11,627 bases of DNA from Methanobacteriota archaeon (GCA_018650165.1 JABIGM010000060.1:1-11627), one strand, 5' to 3'; positions 1 through 7,401 are shown, counted from the stretch's first letter. Numbers and translations are program-made. Notes: generated from the sequence alone by a model not told the origin.

Positions 1-262
1 TGTCGGTTAATCTAAACCACTCTCTTCTTACTCGGAAACCTGCAAAGTGTTTGTGGAGGTGTCTTTCAACAAGGAATGGAGCCTCTGAATGAAATGAGTG
101 AATGTCGACAATCAATCTCGGGTTTCCAACTTGGTGATCTCTTTGGATTCTGTCTTCTACAGTTCTTTCTTTAGAGACCATACCGATTTTGTAATAATCG
201 CTCTTGCCTGTAATGTCATCAACATCGTTCAAGATGTATACGTGTCCGTCATCTAATTTCAT
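1..262 (-). CDS. T5orf172/MUG113-type GIY-YIG nuclease domain protein (3' end runs off the window)
   Basis: Not in the ORF track. Manual translation from ATG at 262..260 is open to the edge for 87 codons: MKLDDGHVYILNDVDDITGKSDYYKIGMVSKERTVEDRIQRDHQVGNPRLIVDIHSFHSEAPFLVERHLHKHFAGFRVRREWFRLTD. It fits the T5orf172 pattern G.VY..., YKIG, R, Q.GNP, E..LH..F...R...EWF. The ATG overlaps the upstream TGA stop (TGATG). Confidence 0.88.
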   Translation of the reverse strand, partial: MKLDDGHVYILNDVDDITGKSDYYKIGMVSKERTVEDRIQRDHQVGNPRLIVDIHSFHSEAPFLVERHLHKHFAGFRVRREWFRLTD

Positions 263-2577
263 CAGTAATACCTCCTATATCCACAGTTATCTTCATTGTG
301 TGACCCGTTAAGGCACCCCATGCATGGCGTTGCGGTTGGTCTAAACGCTCTTCTATAATTGAACTCTTTCCAAGTTTGATAACACATATTTCGGGGAGGG
401 GGGGCATCGAAGAAAGAGTCGACTTCGTCAACAGGGGGCTCTTCAATTTCCGTTTCAGTGTAATTTTCTCCCGGCGTAATTACATACTGATTGACACTGG
501 AATCTTGCTCGGTATCGAACGGTACAACAATCACATCGCCTACAGTAGAATCTCCTGCAGATGTGTGTGTGCCTAGAAGTAGGCCAGAGTTATTAATTGC
601 TCTCAATTCCTCGAGGCTATACTTCTGTCTGAAAACAGGTACTGCGCCTACACTGAAGAGATTTCCAGAAGTAACAGTTATTTCGACAGCAGTTACTCCG
701 TGGGTCTTAGTCGAGCTTTGGAATAACTGACTTAGATAATTGAATCCAATACTCTTTCTAGGACCTTTTGTGTGCTTTGTTCTTCTTTCAGGCTTTTCAT
801 TTCCATTTCTATCGTAGTACGTCATTGAGATTGTCTTTGGAATTGCTTCATTTGGCATTTCATTTGCCGTAAGTGTAATTCTTGCTTGATTCAAACCCTC
901 CCAATAATCCTCCGAAATCCCTTCAACCTTCAGAGTTCCCGAGAAGTATTCAGAATTTACAGGCGAGAAGAAACCTTGTCCAGGTGCAGACAATACGTCG
1001 GTAGTCTCACCATCATCTACATTCCATGCCAGTTCGGGTTCTACTAATTCCCCTGTCTTGTTGTAATCATAAATTGCCCAAGACATCCATTGATAGATGT
1101 GATTTTCTCTGTCGTTAGCAGATGGTCCTGGTTGCATAATAATCTCCCAGGCCTTTAGATCTAGGCCGTCAATCGGACGGCATGGCTTTAGAATTTCTAA
1201 AAAAGCTTCAACCATCTCTTTGTCAGTAGAATTAATGTTCATTTCCGACATCTTGTATGTCAATGGAAACAAGGCCATAATCGACTTGAACATTACCTTG
1301 TTGAACAGTTTGGAATATAGCGTGCTGGTATCAGAGTTGCCAGACCCTTTACCCCAGCGGTTATTCTCATCACTATCGTGGTATGAAATGTTAGTTTTCG
1401 GGTCAATGTTAGCAGTGATTTTCCAAGCTTGGAAGTAGTTCTGTACTGTTCTGACAAAATCATCTTCAGATTTTGCCAGTTCAGGGAATTGCAAAACCCA
1501 TGGGTTGCAATGGGCTATCCATTCATAGGCATCAATCACCTTCTTGACCTCTGTCTTTCCTTCACCAAAGAATCGTATCATGTCATGTAGTGGACTCGTT
1601 TTGTTGAGGCTCATTCTGGCACCGACTTTGTATGCCATTCTGTTAGCAAATCTTCTCTCATAGGTCTTTGACAATTCTTTGCTGAACGTTTCTATGTTGT
1701 TGATATAATTTTCAGGAACATGTCCAAAGTCCTCGTGACTCAGATGACTGGCTAATTTCAATACATATCTTAGATGCAACTTGTGCAAATCAGTCAAATC
1801 ATTGCTTTGGACATTTATCTCTGCAAAGATTCTGCCCCCTCCGCCTTCGTATTTAGGGTCGACAACTACAAATGGAATTAGCATATTCATAGCATTAGCG
1901 CTGAGCCTTGAAGAACGAATGCGATGCTGACCATCGACTAGATCAATCGGTCTGTAGTCGACTCCCTTACTAAAATCAACATCTTTCAGAGTGTTCTTGA
2001 TATGCTCAATCCTTTGCATATCAATTTCAAGTTTCTTGAAAATACCTTCTCCAACAATCTTAGCAGAACCATCAGCAAGTGAAGACTTAGAGATTTCAAG
2101 TATTACCGGATTAACTATTGTTGGACTTGATGCCAGGAAAGTCTCAATATTACCAATTCTTTCGAATTCCAATGGTCGCTGGTACTGCTCCGTGACATCA
2201 TCATTTAGAGTACGTCTACATATCTCCAAAGAATCGGTTGCAGCGGGTAGTGCTGGCACTCTACAGATAGCATCTGCCATCCCAAGTGAAATCACACCAA
2301 AGTGATGGGTGAGACCTGATTGTTTGAATTCAGTGACTAGAATCTCATGCTTTCCCCAGTTCTCAACGCTCGTGTCATATTCATGACTTGAAGCCCAGTA
2401 GGGATTTACCTTATCCTCTTCCTTAGGTTTCGATTGGACCGCCTTGCTTACTACTCCAAATCGAGCCAGCATATCGGGCATCTGCTGCACTTCGTCTTCT
2501 TTACAGAGGTGCTCTAAGCCCGCTCTGTGGAATTCGCATTTCTCTAGCTTCGTATTTTCAGTATTATGTTCTCTCAT
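262..2577 (-). CDS. Large DGQHR-domain (DndB-like, ParB/Srx fold) protein with C-terminal CCHC zinc knuckle
   Basis: DGQHR at 1921..1935, preceded by YQRPL...RI..I..FL and IVNPVIL and followed by IFAEIN, which are typical DGQHR-family blocks. The ORF track starts at 2625 (787 aa). ATG at 2577 is preferred because it lies 4 nt after the upstream TAG and follows GGACGGT. C-terminal C-x2-C-x4-H-x4-C at 283..324. Confidence 0.85.
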   Translation of the reverse strand: MREHNTENTKLEKCEFHRAGLEHLCKEDEVQQMPDMLARFGVVSKAVQSKPKEEDKVNPYWASSHEYDTSVENWGKHEILVTEFKQSGLTHHFGVISLGMADAICRVPALPAATDSLEICRRTLNDDVTEQYQRPLEFERIGNIETFLASSPTIVNPVILEISKSSLADGSAKIVGEGIFKKLEIDMQRIEHIKNTLKDVDFSKGVDYRPIDLVDGQHRIRSSRLSANAMNMLIPFVVVDPKYEGGGGRIFAEINVQSNDLTDLHKLHLRYVLKLASHLSHEDFGHVPENYINNIETFSKELSKTYERRFANRMAYKVGARMSLNKTSPLHDMIRFFGEGKTEVKKVIDAYEWIAHCNPWVLQFPELAKSEDDFVRTVQNYFQAWKITANIDPKTNISYHDSDENNRWGKGSGNSDTSTLYSKLFNKVMFKSIMALFPLTYKMSEMNINSTDKEMVEAFLEILKPCRPIDGLDLKAWEIIMQPGPSANDRENHIYQWMSWAIYDYNKTGELVEPELAWNVDDGETTDVLSAPGQGFFSPVNSEYFSGTLKVEGISEDYWEGLNQARITLTANEMPNEAIPKTISMTYYDRNGNEKPERRTKHTKGPRKSIGFNYLSQLFQSSTKTHGVTAVEITVTSGNLFSVGAVPVFRQKYSLEELRAINNSGLLLGTHTSAGDSTVGDVIVVPFDTEQDSSVNQYVITPGENYTETEIEEPPVDEVDSFFDAPPPRNMCYQTWKEFNYRRAFRPTATPCMGCLNGSHNEDNCGYRRYY

Positions 2578-2581
2578 ATTA

Positions 2582-3418
2582 CTACCGTCCATTCTGTTTT
2601 CCTGAATTATCCCCATTCTTCTCATAAATTTCCGTACAGTGATTAACTATCGCATTACGCAGTCCCTTCTCGAAAACCCTCACCCATTCTGACCATGTCG
2701 TTAAGGTGTGAGTTGGCAAAATTCCTTTCTCATCGCAATCATAGAATTCAAGAGTTTCTGATACTCTGAAACGATATGGAGCGTGGGAGCAAAGAATGCT
2801 CTGGCTTTCGTTCAACACTTCAGATATTTGCTTGCCCCAACATACGGGAAGGGCCATGAACAGAATATCTCCCTCCATCTTGATAATTGCGTCTCTAAGC
2901 CATCTGGCAGAGATAAAATCCTCTTCTTCGTGGCTATTAGAAATACCTGGAACCGATTCAAACTCTTCATCTTCCCAATCTTCAAGGCCGGCTATTGGTT
3001 CAAAGTCGTGCTCTAAAACGCCATGCCCTAAGTGAATCCAGACGGTCGGGTTATGTCTGCTGGCGTCATGCTCGAAAACATCCTTGATATTCGCTTCGAA
3101 CCTTATTTTCAATTCAGGTATACTTCTATCGCTAAACACTAGGTATGTGTTGAACGCCTTGATTATCTGAGAAAGAGCCCCTATAGCTTCAATTAAACCG
3201 TGCGAATGTGGGTTAGCAATCAAATCATCCATACAATTCCATATCGGTTTTCCTTTGAATGTAGGGCACCCAGTGATCACAAAATCGCCATTGAATTTCC
3301 CCTTCTCTATCATGTCAAACAGATTTCCAGTTACATCAGCAGGTGAGGTAAATATTGTAAATCGGCCAGCTTGCATTCCATTTCTTACTATTTTCTCATC
3401 ATTCTTCAGTTCTATCAT
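2582..3418 (-). CDS. Putative caspase-like (CHAT/peptidase C14 clan) cysteine protease
   Basis: 278 aa with RBS GGAGATGA at 3423..3430. Motifs NPTVWIHLGHG (His132, 3023..3025), FISARWLRDAI and ILFMALPVCWG (Cys193, 2840..2842) match the order and spacing of CHAT motifs P.ILHF.GHG / isa.eL / LVVL.AC.S. The CDS itself is high confidence; the function is inferred. Confidence 0.62.
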   Translation of the reverse strand: MIELKNDEKIVRNGMQAGRFTIFTSPADVTGNLFDMIEKGKFNGDFVITGCPTFKGKPIWNCMDDLIANPHSHGLIEAIGALSQIIKAFNTYLVFSDRSIPELKIRFEANIKDVFEHDASRHNPTVWIHLGHGVLEHDFEPIAGLEDWEDEEFESVPGISNSHEEEDFISARWLRDAIIKMEGDILFMALPVCWGKQISEVLNESQSILCSHAPYRFRVSETLEFYDCDEKGILPTHTLTTWSEWVRVFEKGLRNAIVNHCTEIYEKNGDNSGKQNGR

Positions 3419-3438
3419 TTTTTCATCTCCTTATGTTG

Positions 3439-4236
3439 TTAGTTTCTTTTGACAAGTTGTTGCTTAACGATGTCTCCTGTTTGTAAATTGAAAGCTGTAA
3501 GTTGCGGCTCATTCCCTCCATAGCAGCAAGAATCGATACCTATGGCAGCAGGACGACTATTGAGCAGTTCAACTTCAGATTCCCAAACCTTGGATTGAGG
3601 TAAGCCAAAACCAGGCATTGTAGAGTGTCCAAAGATTACAGTTCGATTCTCATCGACAGGGGTGATAGAATTGTGAAATTCTCCACGTACCCACATCAGA
3701 GTATCAGTGGACTGCAAGTCAAGGTCCCCATCCCAAGGCGAATAACCGGCGTGAACTAACCTGAAATCATCTAGAACGATATGATGAGGCAGTGCGTCTA
3801 GCCATGCCAAATCCTGGCCGGCTCTTTGGCGCAACTCGAAACGGTAGATTCCTCCATCTTGACGTGTAAATTCATCGATATATGATTGAGCAGTTGCTCT
3901 TCCTCCTATGTAGAACCAACTCGATTGTTGTGCATTCATGGTTTCAATATTGTCAGCATCGAAACTCATCAACATCATTTCTTCATGGTTCCCTAGGACA
4001 GAGAATATCTGTGGGTCATCACGGGCGATTTTGATTACTTCACAGGATTTTGGCCCTCGGTCTACAAGGTCGCCAAGAAGTACAACTCGATCTTTAGAAC
4101 CTAGATTTAGCGATTCAAGCAATGCGGTTAGAGTATCAGCATGGCCATGCACATCACCAATGGCCCAAACATTACCTCCCTCGTCTAGAACGGTCTGAAG
4201 TTCTGCCTCAATTTTCTTGTTTCTTCTGCCTTGCAT
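3439..4236 (-). CDS. PPP-family metallophosphoesterase (Ser/Thr protein phosphatase, PphA/lambda-phosphatase/ApaH-like)
   Basis: Complete motif set GDVHG, GDLVDRG, GNHE, VHAG, GHS and IDSCCYGG...LTA. The ORF track starts at 4266. ATG at 4236 is preferred because RBS GGGAGTGA (4241..4248) overlaps the upstream stop. Confidence 0.93.
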   Translation of the reverse strand: MQGRRNKKIEAELQTVLDEGGNVWAIGDVHGHADTLTALLESLNLGSKDRVVLLGDLVDRGPKSCEVIKIARDDPQIFSVLGNHEEMMLMSFDADNIETMNAQQSSWFYIGGRATAQSYIDEFTRQDGGIYRFELRQRAGQDLAWLDALPHHIVLDDFRLVHAGYSPWDGDLDLQSTDTLMWVRGEFHNSITPVDENRTVIFGHSTMPGFGLPQSKVWESEVELLNSRPAAIGIDSCCYGGNEPQLTAFNLQTGDIVKQQLVKRN

Positions 4237-4240
4237 AATA

Positions 4241-4248
4241 TCACTCCC
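4241..4248 (-). promoter_or_regulatory. Ribosome-binding site GGGAGTGA for the phosphoesterase gene
   Basis: GGGAGTGA-TATT-ATG, where the TGA is the stop of the 214-aa gene. Confidence 0.65.
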
Positions 4249-4885
4249 AGCCCTCAATGTTTTCATTTGCTTCTTCTTTTAGCCAAATCATCTTGCTACA
4301 GCAATTAGTGGGAATCAAACGGAAATTCTCAGTTACCAGTACAAGTGTTCCAAATGGGATTTCACCCTTACAACTTGGACATTCATCAAGACATTCCTGA
4401 GCATCGCACAAAGCGATTACTTCTTCTTCTTCGAATCCTTTATTCAGAGCCAAGTGGGGCGGAATAGGTAACTTTTCACCAAGTAGTAACACCTTGTCAG
4501 TTTCCTCTGGACCCCAGTGTAAGTAACCCCAGGCATCGATATTGTCTGGAGTCATCAAACTCATCTTTCTGAATGTCATACGCACCTGTTCAATGGTGTA
4601 TACTTCGTATGGGATGTCATGTAGGTCATTTACTACTTCTTCATCCAGTAGTACATAGAGAGGTTTACCGATGAAATTGTCAACAAAATCACGACGAGCA
4701 GCATGCCTGCGTCCTTTCCACCAGCCTAGTTCGTATTCGATTTCTGCAGCGTCACAAAGTCGTTGGCAAACCGCATTTCGAACTGAACGAGTAGCTTTCT
4801 CAATACTACCTGCCTGTTTGATGATAATTTCATCGTCTATTCTGGCGACGATTCTCCATACCTTGTTCTCACTAATAATTGTCAT
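4241..4885 (-). CDS. Hypothetical protein with C-terminal Cys cluster (possible zinc ribbon)
   Basis: 214 aa with RBS GGAGGA at 4893..4898. Cys at 160, 165, CPSC (169-172) and CC (195-196). First gene after a 127-bp intergenic gap. Confidence 0.75.
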   Translation of the reverse strand: MTIISENKVWRIVARIDDEIIIKQAGSIEKATRSVRNAVCQRLCDAAEIEYELGWWKGRRHAARRDFVDNFIGKPLYVLLDEEVVNDLHDIPYEVYTIEQVRMTFRKMSLMTPDNIDAWGYLHWGPEETDKVLLLGEKLPIPPHLALNKGFEEEEVIALCDAQECLDECPSCKGEIPFGTLVLVTENFRLIPTNCCSKMIWLKEEANENIEGWE

Positions 4886-5012
4886 AATTTAATCCTCCAT
4901 TTTGTTGTTAATATAGATAAAAAATCGCTAAAAGCCCATCAAAACAATTCCTTTCTATCCCTACATAATCTGATGCCAATAGACCGTTATAAACCCGATG
5001 TATTTCCTTCAT
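4886..5012 (-). promoter_or_regulatory. Intergenic region probably carrying the promoter of the left operon
   Basis: The only sizeable gap (127 bp) between 1 and 9184. It has AT-rich TATA-like stretches (TTTTTTATCTATATTAA near 4909..4925 and TTTATAA at 4987..4993) and RBS GGAGGA. The exact promoter cannot be pinned down. Confidence 0.35.
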
Positions 5013-6302
5013 TTATCCGAGCATAATATCGATACTTTCGCCCCACTTTGCCGGCTTAACTCCACCTTCAATGACTCCCCAAATAACAGGGTAATGTGGT
5101 TCGTTTTTCGGGGCGCCTCCAAAACCATCAGTGAGATATAGAACTACTTCGGGTGCTTCATCATCTTCACTGATCAAATCGAATACGGGGCAGAAATCAG
5201 TTCCACCACCTCCCAATAGTTGGAATTTTTCGGGAATGAATGGATTATCCATATCATAGATGACATCCTCATTAATATTCCAATCACACTGAATCAATCG
5301 AAGTTGATAGCCACCAAACGAGTTTAGGATTCCATAAACTTCGCTAACGAATGTTTTGACAATTTCACCAGTGGTTGAACCACTAGTGTCGATGGCGATT
5401 ACAATATTGAGTTGTTTTTCCTTCCTTATCGAAGGCAAATACATCTTCTTGTAGACGTGTCTTCGGTTAGGCGGCAACCATTTTCTAACGCTATTAAACA
5501 TCGGAGTAAGAAATTGTCTAAGAATCTCTTTCCAATGCATTTTCGATTCAAATAATCCATCGAGATGAGTCTTGTAATTGCCCAGGTCTATTCCACGATT
5601 ACTACATTGTTGAGCAGCAGCCATCATTTTGTTCTTCCATTCTTTCCAGACGTCGTCACTTCTTCTAGGGCGAAAGTCCGAATCTACTTTGGCTGTAAGG
5701 TTTCCTTCAGCATCTTCTTCAACTGTCGACCATCCATCAGTGCCATCATTTCCAGCCTCTGAATCGCCATCTTCACCAGGGACTGGAGAGCCGTGGTCAT
5801 CCAAGCATTCTCCGCGCATTTCGATTGTACCTTTTTTGATTAAATCGAAAACAGTTTCAGCAGATTCACCTTTGTATGGCTGATATAGAATTGCGCCCTC
5901 TGGAATTTTGAATCCATCATCCTCGAGTAAGGAGTTTACTTCGTGATCAATAGCATGGTTCCACATTTTGTGGTCTTCCATTCTCCCGTGCTCTCGCATG
6001 AAGTGGGACAATCCACAATGCCAAATCTCGTGTGCTAGGATAGTCAATCGTTCATCCTCTGATAAGGAATTAAGAAAATGAGGGTTGAAGAAAATCCTCT
6101 TGCCATCTGTGGAAGCTGTAGCGCACCTATGGTCAACAACAGGAATCAATTCAAGGTTCATCGCTAATGTACCGATGAATGGTCTCCAACCGAGTAACTT
6201 CATTCGGTCATTTGTCCAATGCTCAAGCGAAACAAGTTTAGCTCCTTCATCCTCGTCAGAAGGAGGGGTAAAACTAACGCTTTTTTCATTGATTTCAGAC
6301 AT
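5013..6302 (-). CDS. Metallopeptidase-like (HExxH) plus vWA domain protein, DUF2201_N/DUF2201 type
   Basis: TASTDG..IFFNP.F, HEIWH (6018..6032), WN.A.D..VN and LDDH in the N-terminal part. vWA MIDAS motifs DTSGS (5376..5390), GGGGTDF and YLTDG in the C-terminal part. Adjacent to a MoxR-type ATPase. RBS GAGGTGA. Confidence 0.92.
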   Translation of the reverse strand: MSEINEKSVSFTPPSDEDEGAKLVSLEHWTNDRMKLLGWRPFIGTLAMNLELIPVVDHRCATASTDGKRIFFNPHFLNSLSEDERLTILAHEIWHCGLSHFMREHGRMEDHKMWNHAIDHEVNSLLEDDGFKIPEGAILYQPYKGESAETVFDLIKKGTIEMRGECLDDHGSPVPGEDGDSEAGNDGTDGWSTVEEDAEGNLTAKVDSDFRPRRSDDVWKEWKNKMMAAAQQCSNRGIDLGNYKTHLDGLFESKMHWKEILRQFLTPMFNSVRKWLPPNRRHVYKKMYLPSIRKEKQLNIVIAIDTSGSTTGEIVKTFVSEVYGILNSFGGYQLRLIQCDWNINEDVIYDMDNPFIPEKFQLLGGGGTDFCPVFDLISEDDEAPEVVLYLTDGFGGAPKNEPHYPVIWGVIEGGVKPAKWGESIDIMLG

Positions 6303-6307
6303 TTATA

Positions 6308-6314
6308 TCACCTC
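6308..6314 (-). promoter_or_regulatory. Ribosome-binding site GAGGTGA for the vWA gene, overlapping the MoxR stop codon
   Basis: GAGGTGA-TATAA-ATG on the - strand. Part of the motif is formed by the MoxR TGA stop (6313..6315), consistent with translational coupling. Confidence 0.75.
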
Positions 6315-7401
6315 AAACCACTATACGATTTTCTAATTCTTCATGGCGTGGATGGTCAAATAGAGCCACTAGGAACTCGTCCTTTCCATCAGAATCCATA
6401 ACCAGTGTAATGTCATGATACAATAGTTGGACCCAGTCATTTGGGAACTTTAGCATTACATCGAAAAATCCATTCAAAAGATTCTCTGGTTCTTCGACTT
6501 GACGCATATTATGGACAATAGCCGATAGCATTGCATAGCGTTGGTCAGGACGTTTTGGAATAGTTGCCTTGATTTCCCCCGCTAACATCTTGCTAACGTC
6601 GGGAATCTTACCACTCCATTCGAGGAATGCCATGAATTCAACCGCAACACCTTCTCCAACCAAACCCTCTACGATGATATGCATTAGGTCGTTATCGAGG
6701 TTTTTGTCAGTAGCTAAATCAAGTTCCATAGCAACTCTTTCCCAACTTCTAGGGCTCGGCCAACCTCGCTCTTTATTCCCTTCCATCGAGAATAATTTTT
6801 GAGGTAAATATCGAATAAATCCGGTTACACTTGGATTAAGATTGTTGATTAAAGCCCAATCGAGCCAACTTGCAGTATTGGCACCGACTTCAAGGTGACA
6901 GAATCGATTTGCAAGCGCACTTGACATTGTACGTGCAACCGCTCCGTCTCCGGTACGATTTCCAGCTGCTACGATGTACCAGCCATCGGGAACTTGGTAG
7001 AGTTGACCGAGTCTACGGTCGAGAATGAATTCGTATGCAGCAACTTGTAGTGTGCTATCTGCGGCAGTAATCTCATCGAAGAGGATGATGCCTTTTTCTG
7101 GAGTACCTTCTACTCCTGCTCTCGGCCATTCCGAGGAAACAATCCAATCGATACCTTGCTTGTCGTCTCTTGGAACAGGAAGCCCACGGATGTCCACGGG
7201 TTCTCTTTGTGCCAATCGGACATCAATAAATCCGATATCGTTCTCCTTGCAGAGATTTCGAATGAAAGTTGACTTTCCGATCCCAGGGGGACCCCAAATC
7301 ATCAATGGGGGAACCAACTCTGCTTTCTTTGGATTCTCCCAAAGAATGTCTAACTGGTGTTGTAGCAGTTGCTTTGCTTTTGATATACTTGTCATGTTCA
7401 T
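6313..7401 (-). CDS. MoxR-like AAA+ ATPase (AAA_5 type)
   Basis: Walker A GPPGIGKS, helix-2 region IDVRLAQREPVDIRGLP, Walker B ILFDE, sensor-1 AAGN, Arg finger ALANRF and PSPRSWE. RBS GGAGA at 7409..7413. Confidence 0.95.
   Translation of the reverse strand: MNMTSISKAKQLLQHQLDILWENPKKAELVPPLMIWGPPGIGKSTFIRNLCKENDIGFIDVRLAQREPVDIRGLPVPRDDKQGIDWIVSSEWPRAGVEGTPEKGIILFDEITAADSTLQVAAYEFILDRRLGQLYQVPDGWYIVAAGNRTGDGAVARTMSSALANRFCHLEVGANTASWLDWALINNLNPSVTGFIRYLPQKLFSMEGNKERGWPSPRSWERVAMELDLATDKNLDNDLMHIIVEGLVGEGVAVEFMAFLEWSGKIPDVSKMLAGEIKATIPKRPDQRYAMLSAIVHNMRQVEEPENLLNGFFDVMLKFPNDWVQLLYHDITLVMDSDGKDEFLVALFDHPRHEELENRIVV

Noticed and set aside
249-446. 65-aa - strand ORF overlapping the DGQHR 3' end
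   Set aside because: It is an alternative frame over the zinc-knuckle coding region, overlaps the T5orf172 start, and has no motif or RBS.
5700-5800. Acidic Gly/Asp-rich stretch in the vWA protein
   Set aside because: A low-complexity acidic linker between the peptidase and vWA domains is normal for DUF2201-type proteins.
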